IMG/VR virus record: IMGVR_UViG_3300028887_000087
Source: a virus
Lineage: Duplodnaviria > Heunggongvirae > Uroviricota > Caudoviricetes
Length of the DNA: 64,000 nt
Reading direction: 5' to 3' (one strand)
Shown here: piece after piece, positions 1-8,958 of the stretch
Layout: each line of letters begins with the position of its first letter
Numbering within the stretch: the stretch's first letter is position 1
Notes under the pieces: generated by a model
Seen by the model: the letters and a program-made list of their open reading frames with translations, nothing else
The model's database searches: none
Told to the model about the DNA's origin: nothing
Translations under genes and position numbers: made by a program

Positions 1-84
1 TTACTATGACTTTACCAACCCTCCCAATGAAGATACTTGCCAAAATTACTTTAGATTGAAAAAGCTAACACCTAGGAAGCACGA

Positions 85-567
85 ATGAGTACAGTAGCAA
101 TTATCGCAATGAAGCTTACAATTGATATTCACAGACAATACCGACAGCGAACAAAGAGTGGGACTGATGAGGTATTTGATGTTGATTTCTTTGCAGGCGA
201 CATAGTTGCTTCAAAAGTATATTACGATGGTTATCCTAAACTTGAAGATGTGTTGCAAGATGACCCAGGGATTCTTAACCATCTTTATAACACTATATTA
301 TCTTGGGAAGCATTTCCACTTCTTGGAAATCGAAGAGATATTAGAGGAGACGAATTTGTTGGCAACCCAGTTCCTTATACATTCAAAGAACGATTGGACT
401 TTGACGTTTGGTGTAAAGAAAATTGGGATGCTGAATACTTATATTGGATTGATGGACCAAAAACATTAAGATATTGTGAGCTTCATCATTGGAACCCAGA
501 GAATCACCAGATTGGGAAAATTGATTATGATTATCCTAATGGGCCGTGGATAAGATTTGCAAAATGA
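85..567 (+). CDS. hypothetical protein (160 aa)
   Basis: ORF with AGGAAG RBS 8 nt upstream; no recognisable motif. Confidence 0.5.
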   Translation: MSTVAIIAMKLTIDIHRQYRQRTKSGTDEVFDVDFFAGDIVASKVYYDGYPKLEDVLQDDPGILNHLYNTILSWEAFPLLGNRRDIRGDEFVGNPVPYTFKERLDFDVWCKENWDAEYLYWIDGPKTLRYCELHHWNPENHQIGKIDYDYPNGPWIRFAK

Positions 568-908
568 CCGAAAAAGAGTTTGTTCAGAGAGTATTTTTAG
601 ATGTTCCTCTTGATAAAATTGGCTGCTGCGGTAACGGTTATTATTATGAGCTTACTCGTGATTGCACAGATTGGGGACTTTGGTGGTATGTGTCTGTACT
701 TTATGATGGTCCTCGAAAAGTTTTGAAATGTGTTTTAAATGCAGGTAAGCTTGATAAGTGGCTCGAGACAGGAGATAGTTATATTAGACGAGATGCTTTC
801 AGTATTATAGTCGACAACACTTTCACAATGCTAACGAATGACATAAGACAATATAATGATCCTGAAGAGTGGGTTATAAAAATTGAAGAGGAGCCTTGGA
901 AAATATGA
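564..908 (+). CDS. hypothetical protein, tandem paralog family member 1 (conserved FL-DV / tWW / DPE-WVIKIEE motifs)
   Basis: ATG at 564 overlaps upstream stop; shares motifs with next 3 ORFs. Confidence 0.5.
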   Translation: MTEKEFVQRVFLDVPLDKIGCCGNGYYYELTRDCTDWGLWWYVSVLYDGPRKVLKCVLNAGKLDKWLETGDSYIRRDAFSIIVDNTFTMLTNDIRQYNDPEEWVIKIEEEPWKI

Positions 909-1258
909 ATGCAAAAGATTTGATATGTACTGCATTTTTAACTGATGTAAATCCTAGTGAACTTATTGACCTTCACAGGCTGTCGGCTCCAAAAGGACTT
1001 ATTTATAAAGTTGTACCTGAAGATATAGAGGGCAATGCAACTTGGTGGCATTTTGACTTTTACTTTGATACACTTGGTCCTGTTTTGAAATGTTGGCTCT
1101 ATGAAGGCAATTATCAGGGTTGGACAGAAAATATATCAAGACCACATTGTAAAGAAAAATTGTTCATCCACGTTCACAACTTCTTTGAAGATGATGATAT
1201 TTATAAAGAAAAAGATCCTTCTCAATGGGTTATAAAAGTTGAGGAACTAAAATGGTGA
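905..1258 (+). CDS. hypothetical protein, tandem paralog family member 2
   Basis: ATGA overlap with upstream gene; paralog motifs (ATWWHF, DPSQWVIKVEE). Confidence 0.5.
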   Translation: MNAKDLICTAFLTDVNPSELIDLHRLSAPKGLIYKVVPEDIEGNATWWHFDFYFDTLGPVLKCWLYEGNYQGWTENISRPHCKEKLFIHVHNFFEDDDIYKEKDPSQWVIKVEELKW

Positions 1259-1605
1259 CAATACAAGAACTTATTTGTAGATACTTTTTAGAAGGCGTTG
1301 CTCCTCAAGATGTACATTCTATAGGTTCAGATTTCTTTTTTATGTTGCGTCCTGACTTTCATAACAAATGTGATATGTGGTGGTTTTTTGACGTCAGCAC
1401 TAGCGGCAAAGATTTAGAAATTTCTTGCAATCTATTTGAAGGTGACTTTATACGATGGAAGAAGTACCCAGCAGATTGGGACTACAGCGATACTTCCGCA
1501 ATTGATAAAGTAAATATTTTTATACGAAATATGTATAGCGTAGGACGAAAGGTTCAAAACCCAGAAGAAGATTGGAAAGTTGAATATGTTTATTACGAGA
1601 TGTGA
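1252..1605 (+). CDS. hypothetical protein, tandem paralog family member 3
   Basis: ATG overlaps upstream stop; paralog motifs (DMWWFF, NPEEDWKVEY). Confidence 0.5.
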   Translation: MVTIQELICRYFLEGVAPQDVHSIGSDFFFMLRPDFHNKCDMWWFFDVSTSGKDLEISCNLFEGDFIRWKKYPADWDYSDTSAIDKVNIFIRNMYSVGRKVQNPEEDWKVEYVYYEM

Positions 1606-1607
1606 CT

Positions 1608-1937
1608 ATGAGAATAAGAGACATTATTGCTAAAGCATTCTTACAAGTTGAAACAGATTATATTCACCCCGTAGAAGACGGCTTTTATTACGAAGTTCAT
1701 ACTGACATTCTTCGTGATACAAAAACTTGGTGGTATATCAATCCCAAGCTCGAGCTTAATCATAACCTAACTTTAATTTGTACTTTACTTGAGTCCCCGA
1801 TGAAAAGTTTTGACTTATGGTTAGAAGATGAAGGCCGACATATTGAAAATGATACAAAAATACTTGATAACATATTTGTGAATATATCAAATTATGATGA
1901 AGATCCTGAAAAGTGGGTTGTAGGTATACAAGATTAA
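1608..1937 (+). CDS. hypothetical protein, tandem paralog family member 4 (alt. GTG start 1602)
   Basis: Coupled to upstream stop; paralog motifs (KTWWYI, DPEKWVVGI). Confidence 0.5.
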   Translation: MRIRDIIAKAFLQVETDYIHPVEDGFYYEVHTDILRDTKTWWYINPKLELNHNLTLICTLLESPMKSFDLWLEDEGRHIENDTKILDNIFVNISNYDEDPEKWVVGIQD

Positions 1938-1972
1938 ACTTTACCTAAAGTCTTTTTATATTATATTGTAAT
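1934..1972 (+). promoter_or_regulatory. class-1 phage promoter-like bipartite motif (AAACTTT-N12-TTTATATTATATTGTAA)
   Basis: ttaaacttt...tctttttatattatattgtaat immediately upstream of ATG 1973; motif recurs ~10x. Confidence 0.5.
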
Positions 1973-2308
1973 ATGGCAGTTATAACAATAAATGAAGCGA
2001 TGAAACGACCGACTCAAGTTCGTACATCGGACATTTCAAAAATCTCTGCAGAAGTTAATAATGCAAAAGATGTTCACGAAGTATGTGTTGCACTTGCAAG
2101 ATATGTTCGTGATAACCCAGATGAATACGCAAGAGAGCTTCTTGTTCGTGTTCGATATTGTAAAACTTTAGAAGCTGCACAATCTATGTTTTATACTTTC
2201 CTCTTATCTGTTGAAGGACAAGGCGTTCTTAGAGAATACGAAACAAAATATGTAAGACATAAAGGCTCAGCAATTGGCGGAATGGAATGTCATTCGCCTA
2301 GGAGTTGA
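1973..2308 (+). CDS. hypothetical protein (111 aa)
   Basis: ORF directly after class-1 motif. Confidence 0.55.
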   Translation: MAVITINEAMKRPTQVRTSDISKISAEVNNAKDVHEVCVALARYVRDNPDEYARELLVRVRYCKTLEAAQSMFYTFLLSVEGQGVLREYETKYVRHKGSAIGGMECHSPRS

Positions 2309-2310
2309 TT

Positions 2311-2766
2311 ATGTTTTTCAAAAAGCGTAAAAGAAACCTTGACTTATATATTCAAAAGCCTGAAACACCCAAAAGAAAAAGATATAAATATGTTGAGCCT
2401 TATTATGTTGTCAAATGTAATAACGGCTATCTTGCACTTGAAGTAAAACGCTATTACAATAAAGCAAAATATTTCCGCGCCTATTGTGAAGAAGTTCAAA
2501 TCAAACATAGAAAGAACGCTGCAGGTGAATGGGAAAGTTATGCTTATTGCAACAACTATTGGGTTGTAAAAAGAAAAAGCAAAGAGTCTGCTGAAAAGCA
2601 GGTTGAAAAAGCATTGAATAATTTTGGTAAGACAAGAATTCCTGATAGGTTTTTAGGCGCAAAGCTTGTGCTTATTGATGTACCTTGGAATGAGTATATC
2701 AAAAAAGAATATAAAGAAGCAGTGGAGGCAGACCAAATTGAAAGAAGAAGGATGTATAATTATTGA
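2311..2766 (+). CDS. hypothetical basic (K/R-rich) protein
   Basis: ATG 2311 with TAGGAG RBS; TTG alt start 2305. Confidence 0.5.
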   Translation: MFFKKRKRNLDLYIQKPETPKRKRYKYVEPYYVVKCNNGYLALEVKRYYNKAKYFRAYCEEVQIKHRKNAAGEWESYAYCNNYWVVKRKSKESAEKQVEKALNNFGKTRIPDRFLGAKLVLIDVPWNEYIKKEYKEAVEADQIERRRMYNY

Positions 2767-3724
2767 TGGAAAAGAATTCAAAAAGTCAGTGTATAAGTAT
2801 TATACACTCGAACAGTATGAAGCAATTAAAGACACATTGAAACATACTTATGTCGAAGATATTAAAAGAGACGTTGAAGGAAAGTTCCGTGTAAGTAATT
2901 GTGATTGCTATTGGGATGCTCCTGCTGAAGTTATTGGTAAAGCTGTTTTCGATTGGTATGCTCCGCTTCCAAGAAATGTTCGTGAAGCAATTGATGCTCT
3001 TGAAAAAGAACCTTGTGAAGAGAACGCTGCTATGTTCCTTGCTGCATTGAAAATTGCTTTAAGAAGCCCAGACAACAATTTATCTGAATACGAGTACCCA
3101 GCTCTTATGATACGCGGACACGAAAACTCTTGGGGCACGGACAGCGCTTGGGCAAAGATTGAACTTTGGAAAAAAGATGATAAGATAGGATTTGCACCAG
3201 TAGCAAAACACGGCCCAGGCAGTTATCACGACACCCACGATCTTCTTATGTATACAGACGAAGAAACAAGAAGTAATTGTTTTGAAATTATCAAACTTGC
3301 ATTACGAAATTCAATGGACCGCGTAAATAGCTGGGAAGTTATGTGCGGCAACTCAGAACATACGTTCTCACACGGCAGTTATGCGCCATCTGAAAAGTCT
3401 TACAAAAGTTTTTGCAAAACTTTTATGAAGATTGACCCAATTGAAATGTTGAATACTTATGAGTTTTATTATAATAAAACTCAGAAAGGTTATAACCCTT
3501 GGCGCAATTGTCATACCTGTAAAGAAGAGACCAAGCATAAAAAGATTCAGGCAAAATCGAAAAAAGAAGCCTATGAAATATTCAAAGAATGGGTTAAAGA
3601 AGAAAATGAACATTACAGCAATATGTGGTTCCCAGGGACTGAAGGAAATCCACACCTAAAAGCATTACCTATGTCAGATGGTCGTTTAACTTTCAAACCT
3701 AAGAAAGGTGAAGTATATTGTTAG
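2678..3724 (+). CDS. hypothetical protein (~349 aa); start uncertain, overlaps upstream gene by ~80-100 nt in +1 frame
   Basis: Long ORF; in-frame starts TTG 2666/ATG 2678/ATG 2690; no RBS evident. Confidence 0.45.
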   Translation: MYLGMSISKKNIKKQWRQTKLKEEGCIIIDGKEFKKSVYKYYTLEQYEAIKDTLKHTYVEDIKRDVEGKFRVSNCDCYWDAPAEVIGKAVFDWYAPLPRNVREAIDALEKEPCEENAAMFLAALKIALRSPDNNLSEYEYPALMIRGHENSWGTDSAWAKIELWKKDDKIGFAPVAKHGPGSYHDTHDLLMYTDEETRSNCFEIIKLALRNSMDRVNSWEVMCGNSEHTFSHGSYAPSEKSYKSFCKTFMKIDPIEMLNTYEFYYNKTQKGYNPWRNCHTCKEETKHKKIQAKSKKEAYEIFKEWVKEENEHYSNMWFPGTEGNPHLKALPMSDGRLTFKPKKGEVYC

Positions 3725-3735
3725 GGGGTTTGAAA

Positions 3736-4071
3736 ATGATTAGTCAAGAATGCCGTGATGCAATAAAGGAAGCCTCAAAATTGTTGGAACCCTTTACAAA
3801 TTATAAGTTTATCGAAAAAGCGTTAACTGATATGAATAGTCCGATTTGGAGAGAAGATCGTAAGATAGCTTATAAAGCTTATGAGGCAAAAAGATTAAAG
3901 GCAGAAGAAGAACTTCTAACCGCACTTAAAGAAGGTAAAACCCTACAGTATTGTTATAGTAGGAATAGAGATAAGAATCCTCCTATATGGGATGACCTCC
4001 CAAAAGAAAAAGCTTATAATTTTATTGAACACGGTCAATGGGAATATATGAGAATAAAGGGTGACAGTTAA
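3736..4071 (+). CDS. hypothetical protein (111 aa)
   Basis: ATG 3736 after AGGGGG RBS. Confidence 0.5.
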   Translation: MISQECRDAIKEASKLLEPFTNYKFIEKALTDMNSPIWREDRKIAYKAYEAKRLKAEEELLTALKEGKTLQYCYSRNRDKNPPIWDDLPKEKAYNFIEHGQWEYMRIKGDS

Positions 4072-4074
4072 TAT
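4067..4074 (+). promoter_or_regulatory. class-2 TTAATAT -10-like box, 6 nt before ATG 4081 (leaderless candidate)
   Basis: gttaatat then aaaatt then ATG; no SD. Confidence 0.4.
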
Positions 4075-4080
4075 AAAATT

Positions 4081-4428
4081 ATGAAGTTATCAGATGTTTT
4101 AAGAAGAGATGCCAAAAAGATTGAATTCGTCTTAAAGGCTGTTTATAATGAAGGTTATAATGAAGGCCTTAAAGATGGCAGCAATCACGAATGGCATTAT
4201 GTATCGGAAAAAGATTATCCTCGCCCAGGTGAATTAGTTTTCTGTCACGGCACATTGACAACAACTTATGGCGGCAAGGCTATTTGTGAAAAGACTTTCA
4301 TTGGATATTACAAAGATGGCGGCTATGGTTGGTTTATCAAAAATGCAGTTGATGGAGAGCCTGACCAAAGTTGGCCTGTCGAAGAATGGAAATATCTTGA
4401 TAAGCCAGTAAAAAAGGTGGATGCGTAA
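4081..4428 (+). CDS. hypothetical protein (115 aa)
   Basis: ORF; no SD, TAATAT box upstream. Confidence 0.5.
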   Translation: MKLSDVLRRDAKKIEFVLKAVYNEGYNEGLKDGSNHEWHYVSEKDYPRPGELVFCHGTLTTTYGGKAICEKTFIGYYKDGGYGWFIKNAVDGEPDQSWPVEEWKYLDKPVKKVDA

Positions 4429-4616
4429 TGGGTGCATTAAATTGGAGACACATAACACTTTGTATTTATGATAGCGAAGGAACTCTTGTTGCTAAACTTT
4501 TTACAACACTGGGTTTACAGTACGAAGATAATATTGATAAGATTGCACAGGAAGCAAGAAACAACGGTTATACTGCAATCACATCAGTAAGAGATATGCT
4601 TCCTATGGGGTTATAA
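4428..4616 (+). CDS. hypothetical protein (62 aa)
   Basis: TAATG-coupled small ORF. Confidence 0.4.
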   Translation: MGALNWRHITLCIYDSEGTLVAKLFTTLGLQYEDNIDKIAQEARNNGYTAITSVRDMLPMGL

Positions 4617-5086
4617 TGTTGGATAGAATTGACCAAAATATTTTTCTTAAAAAGTTTCTTCTTGACTTTGTAAAGAAACACGGAGATGTCACTTGGTCGG
4701 GCAGAAGATATATTATCAACTCTGATGAGTCAGCATCACTTCTTGTTGATAAATTGATTGATGCGATGAAAGAAAATCCACAGTTCTTTACTTTTGTTGT
4801 TGAAGGCACAGGACCTATAGGTGAAGGTGAAATAAAGATACCTATAAAGAACGCTGCAAGTATTCTTCCAATGCTTTCTTACTTCAGAAATAAGAGACGT
4901 GAAATTGAGATGGAACAATTCTTTACACCTCAGGAATTAAAAGATTTAATCGGACTTCTTCAAACAAAATACAATGAACTTGACGAAAAAGAAAAAGAGG
5001 AAGAAGAAAGAAAGCGTCTTATATATCTTGAAAAGAAAGAGCGCGAAGAATACGAAAGACTTAAGAAAAAGTTTGGAGGTCAGTAA
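4616..5086 (+). CDS. hypothetical protein with K/E-rich C-terminal helix
   Basis: ATG overlaps upstream stop; charged coiled-coil-like tail. Confidence 0.5.
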   Translation: MLDRIDQNIFLKKFLLDFVKKHGDVTWSGRRYIINSDESASLLVDKLIDAMKENPQFFTFVVEGTGPIGEGEIKIPIKNAASILPMLSYFRNKRREIEMEQFFTPQELKDLIGLLQTKYNELDEKEKEEEERKRLIYLEKKEREEYERLKKKFGGQ

Positions 5087-5457
5087 TGAGAGACTATACA
5101 GAAGTAGCAAATAAATATGCAAAAGATACAGGAAGAACTGAGCCTGATTGGTTGAGAAAACAAGTAGTTCAAGATTTTACTGCAGGTGCCAATTTTGCAG
5201 ATAAAGCAAATGAAATGACTGGTTTGAAGGAGCAGACTTTTGCAATCGTATCTTCAAGAAACAATAAATTACTTTTCTGGGGCGGTTCAACAAAGCCCAA
5301 GTTTGACAGCTTTACTTCTGTAAAACTTTACAAAACTGAAACTCTTGCAAACAAAACGCTCGAAGACCGAAAAAGACGAATGGTTGACCCACTTTGGCGA
5401 ACAGCCTATGTTATGGAACTTAAAGTCGAATTCGGCAAAATTTGCACATCTAATTAA
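5086..5457 (+). CDS. hypothetical protein (123 aa)
   Basis: ATGA-type coupling with upstream gene. Confidence 0.5.
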   Translation: MRDYTEVANKYAKDTGRTEPDWLRKQVVQDFTAGANFADKANEMTGLKEQTFAIVSSRNNKLLFWGGSTKPKFDSFTSVKLYKTETLANKTLEDRKRRMVDPLWRTAYVMELKVEFGKICTSN

Positions 5458-5492
5458 ACTTTCTCTCCGTCCTCTTTATATTATTATTGTAA
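5452..5492 (+). promoter_or_regulatory. class-1 phage promoter-like bipartite motif
   Basis: attaaacttt...cctctttatattattattgtaa followed by AAAGGAGGA RBS and ATG 5509. Confidence 0.55.
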
Positions 5493-5508
5493 ATTAAAGG
5501 AGGACTTT

Positions 5509-5832
5509 ATGGCAACTGAAAACATTGATATTATTCTTGACAAACTTCAGTCTCGTCTTGACGTTTTGAAGGCAAATAAGAAAAATTTACAGTATTTTGA
5601 AGATCACGGCGACGGCGGTTTTTGGCGTGATCTTACTGAAGAAAAGGCAGCACAGTTTGCAAACGATGACTGGGACCTTTGCGACTTTCAGGTAGGCGAA
5701 TTGTTCTTCCTTGTTGCAACTCCTGATGGAATTAAGATTGTTTCAGAAACTGAAAAGGCTTTGCTTCCTCAGTTCAATGTTTTGTATCAGGGTTCAAAGC
5801 AGGCTTGCAAAAACTTTATAAAGGTGGACTAA
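5509..5832 (+). CDS. hypothetical acidic protein (107 aa)
   Basis: Strong RBS; class-1 motif upstream. Confidence 0.6.
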   Translation: MATENIDIILDKLQSRLDVLKANKKNLQYFEDHGDGGFWRDLTEEKAAQFANDDWDLCDFQVGELFFLVATPDGIKIVSETEKALLPQFNVLYQGSKQACKNFIKVD

Positions 5833-5833
5833 A

Positions 5834-6070
5834 ATGGCAAAAAATCCAAACTTACCAAAAGCACCTGACCACGACATTCGTTGGGGTTGTTTACAACCTG
5901 CCTGTGAAGTTAAGTTCAGAGATTGGATAATCAGCCTCATCGAAGAAGCAATTAAAGACCCTACAAAAAGAGTTGATATTGCCTACACAATTTACGATGA
6001 GGTTCTTGACCTCGGTTATGATTATGGCAGAGATTCAGCTGCGGAAGATCGAGCTTGGGAAGAAGGTTAA
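5834..6070 (+). CDS. hypothetical protein (78 aa)
   Basis: Tightly coupled ORF. Confidence 0.45.
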   Translation: MAKNPNLPKAPDHDIRWGCLQPACEVKFRDWIISLIEEAIKDPTKRVDIAYTIYDEVLDLGYDYGRDSAAEDRAWEEG

Positions 6071-6073
6071 TAT
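6066..6073 (+). promoter_or_regulatory. class-2 TTAATAT box, 8 nt before ATG 6082 (leaderless candidate)
   Basis: ggttaatataaatcaatATG; no SD. Confidence 0.4.
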
Positions 6074-6081
6074 AAATCAAT

Positions 6082-7290
6082 ATGAATAGCAGAATTTATT
6101 TGAGAGACGACTTTGTTGATATTGAAGTGTGCAACACAAAATATTTCAACACTTGTCGTTTTATCGAAGAAAGAGACGAAGATTTCAAAAAAGGAAAAGG
6201 CCATAAAGTTGTTGTGCAAATCTGCAGAGTAGGCGGCCGCGGAAGTCTTCTTCATATCAACGTTTGGTATTGGCGCGGACTTGCAAGAGAAGACGAGAAT
6301 TGCGGCGTTGTAATTGCAAGTTTGGAATTGTGTCTTGAGAAAAATCAAAGACAGGATATAAAAATAAAGTTGCCTAAGACAGGTGATTGGACTCCTGTTT
6401 ATTATTTTATTGCTGCTCGTAGCAATTGTAAAGTTGAAAGATTCAAAGAAGATAAATCTGAAAATATTGAAAAAGTAAGATGTACCTCAATTTGCAGCAA
6501 CGAGCCTATTGCTCTTGAATGGGAACAGTTCCCAAGTCCTGCAGAAGCAAAGAAACAGTTCAATTATATCAAAAGACATAATCTTGTATCAAAATTTTAC
6601 TGGGACCCAGAGTTCCACGAATATGACTGCTATTGCAAAGCTTGTGAAACAAATAATGTAAGAGTTGGACAAACAGTTCACAAGTGGCGTTCTTGGGTAT
6701 CAAATCCTGATATTGGTTATGTAAGACCTGTAGGCTTTAAGTGTGATAGGAATGACGGCGTTTTCAAATACAGTTCTTTTGGAGAAGCAGGAAAACTTTA
6801 TGAGCCTATTGAGGGTTCAGAGTACGACCGCTTGGTATTTTACAACTTAGGTGAATATCGGGAAGAGTGTACAAGAGTCGGCGGCAAACACGAAAAGTTT
6901 GATGCTATCTGGGAAGTTCGACTTCATCAGCAAGATATAGCTGACAATGGCAACATCAAAGGCGGTGCTTGGCGTCATATTGAAACAGGTGAAATAATTA
7001 CAAATGCAGACGATATGAACAATGCTTGTTTGGAAAAAGTTAACGAAAGTAAGCCAACTTTTGAAAAAGTTGTGACACTTGGTTATCATCGAACAAATCC
7101 AAAGAACGCTGTAAGATGTCCTGTATGTGATGACTTGTATCGTATTATGTGTCGTTCAGGTTATAATCCTCGCCCATTTCTTTTAAGGGAGAGAGAAAAA
7201 TCTAGTTACCGAATTCACGATGTGCTCACAAGAATCAAAGTTTGGTTTGCAGATAGAAAATACTTTAAGGAGCATCCTGATGATTGCTAA
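6082..7290 (+). CDS. hypothetical Cys-rich protein (402 aa)
   Basis: Long ORF, >20 Cys incl. CxxC pairs. Confidence 0.55.
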   Translation: MNSRIYLRDDFVDIEVCNTKYFNTCRFIEERDEDFKKGKGHKVVVQICRVGGRGSLLHINVWYWRGLAREDENCGVVIASLELCLEKNQRQDIKIKLPKTGDWTPVYYFIAARSNCKVERFKEDKSENIEKVRCTSICSNEPIALEWEQFPSPAEAKKQFNYIKRHNLVSKFYWDPEFHEYDCYCKACETNNVRVGQTVHKWRSWVSNPDIGYVRPVGFKCDRNDGVFKYSSFGEAGKLYEPIEGSEYDRLVFYNLGEYREECTRVGGKHEKFDAIWEVRLHQQDIADNGNIKGGAWRHIETGEIITNADDMNNACLEKVNESKPTFEKVVTLGYHRTNPKNAVRCPVCDDLYRIMCRSGYNPRPFLLREREKSSYRIHDVLTRIKVWFADRKYFKEHPDDC

Positions 7291-7591
7291 GTTTTTTATT
7301 CTTTGTTTAATTTTATGGCCTGTGTCATACTTTTTATTCATATTCTTTACTTGGATTGATTGCGGGCTTTTTATCGAGCCTTATGGAGAATTCAGTTCAA
7401 TCGGGAAAGTGATGAAGGAATTCTTTTGGAATGAACAGACTGACAAGTACGACTTTTGGTCTGGGTTCCCTTATATTGGAATGGCTCCTTTAGTTTGTGT
7501 ATTGGCTGCAGTTATAACAATCGTTCTTGCAATAATAACGCCTTGCAAAATACTTATTAAAAAGTTTGAGGATAAGCTTAATGAAGATTGA
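7280..7591 (+). CDS. hypothetical membrane protein (~103 aa, 2-3 TM)
   Basis: ATG 7280 after AAGGAG RBS; hydrophobic segments. Confidence 0.45.
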   Translation: MIAKFFILCLILWPVSYFLFIFFTWIDCGLFIEPYGEFSSIGKVMKEFFWNEQTDKYDFWSGFPYIGMAPLVCVLAAVITIVLAIITPCKILIKKFEDKLNED

Positions 7592-7853
7592 AAATGATTG
7601 GTGGGTGAACGGCAATTCAATCCTTAAAAGCAAAATGCAGTGGGTTGTTGAAATATCACCTGACGGTACAGGCGGTTGGAGTATTCGTTTCGGCAAAGGT
7701 GAAAAAGGAGACGGTTCTCCTTGGCTCCCTGGGTTTGCAAGAATAACAATCGAACAGTGTATGGAAATATACGACAAGTACAAAGATATAAAATTCTTTG
7801 AAGACTTGGCTAAACAAATTGAAATTGACCAAAAAGAAGAACCTTTATATTAG
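7581..7853 (+). CDS. hypothetical protein (~90 aa)
   Basis: ATG 7581 after GAGGA RBS. Confidence 0.45.
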   Translation: MKIENDWWVNGNSILKSKMQWVVEISPDGTGGWSIRFGKGEKGDGSPWLPGFARITIEQCMEIYDKYKDIKFFEDLAKQIEIDQKEEPLY

Positions 7854-7862
7854 GAGTTTTAT

Positions 7863-8462
7863 ATGATGGACCCTTTAAGCACAGCTTTAATGTTTGCATT
7901 TTTTACAATGTTTCTTTATTGGATTGCTCTTGGTGGACCTATCCCAAGATTTAGAGTTGTTAGGAAAAAGATTGACCTTTCAAAACTTTCTGATAAAGAA
8001 TTGCGTGCAACTGTTCCGTATGAAAAGTACTTCATTGTAAACACAACAATGGCTTGTGAAAGAATGCAAAAAGAGTTTAAGTCTTTGGTTGGTTTTTTCA
8101 AAGATGAATATAAAAATCTTGACTTAAGGTCACAATTTTTTCTTACTGCAATAATTAAAGCAGAAGACCTTGAAATTGATGCTCTTTTTGAAAAATGTAA
8201 GCACTATAATGAAAACTTAAAAGAAGTTGAAAAGTATTTGAAGGACCACACTTACAATCAAACAGTGATTGATCTTTTTCGTCCTAAGAGAAGTTATTAC
8301 CTTATAAAAGTTTTGCAGGCAACTCGCGATGCGATGAAGAATAAAGAACAAGTACCTCTTCCTGCACCCGTACTTGATAAAATAGGAGATGATCTTAATG
8401 AATGGTTTACAAAAGTTGAAGAAGCACCTAAAGATACTGCAGCAGTTAGCAAGAGCAAATAA
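7863..8462 (+). CDS. hypothetical protein with N-terminal TM helix (199 aa)
   Basis: GGAG RBS; hydrophobic N-terminus. Confidence 0.5.
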   Translation: MMDPLSTALMFAFFTMFLYWIALGGPIPRFRVVRKKIDLSKLSDKELRATVPYEKYFIVNTTMACERMQKEFKSLVGFFKDEYKNLDLRSQFFLTAIIKAEDLEIDALFEKCKHYNENLKEVEKYLKDHTYNQTVIDLFRPKRSYYLIKVLQATRDAMKNKEQVPLPAPVLDKIGDDLNEWFTKVEEAPKDTAAVSKSK

Positions 8463-8700
8463 CTGCGGCTTTTATTGCCCAAACTGTTCAATTGAAAGAC
8501 ACAATGCAACTGCAGGCGCAAATGCAGTTGAAGACGAATTGTATCATAAAACAAAATACTTTATCAGATGTAAGCGTTGCAATTTGACAACTCCTGCTTA
8601 TGAAACTGTAAAAGATGCAGCTGAGTCTTGGGAAAATGTTTGTGCATCTGTTGAAGATAAAATGTTAATATCAATTTATGAGCACAAAAAAGACAACTAA
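8398..8700 (+). CDS. putative zinc-ribbon protein (CPNCS...CKRCN)
   Basis: Two CxxC pairs; start uncertain (8389/8398), overlaps upstream gene. Confidence 0.4.
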   Translation: MNGLQKLKKHLKILQQLARANNCGFYCPNCSIERHNATAGANAVEDELYHKTKYFIRCKRCNLTTPAYETVKDAAESWENVCASVEDKMLISIYEHKKDN

Positions 8701-8911
8701 AGCTGCACCTAAATCAGAGAAAACAAAAACTGCTCCAAAGCCTAAAGGATGTCGACTTTGCAGATACAGAGTTGCGCCTCCTAAACAAAATGGTGAAAGG
8801 GTTCCTTGTTGTTGTTTTGGTTATCCAATCAACGATGAAAAGAAGCCTACGGAATGCGGTGAATTATTTGCAGAAACTGATTATTACATCAAGCACCCAG
8901 AGGAGCCTTAA
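8678..8911 (+). CDS. Lys-rich small protein with Cys cluster (CRLCRY...PCCCFGYP...ECG)
   Basis: ORF; basic N-terminus + Cys-rich C-terminus. Confidence 0.45.
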   Translation: MSTKKTTKAAPKSEKTKTAPKPKGCRLCRYRVAPPKQNGERVPCCCFGYPINDEKKPTECGELFAETDYYIKHPEEP

Positions 8912-8958
8912 AGCTCAATTTTTTATTTTTAAACTAGATTATTGGAGGATTTAATTTA

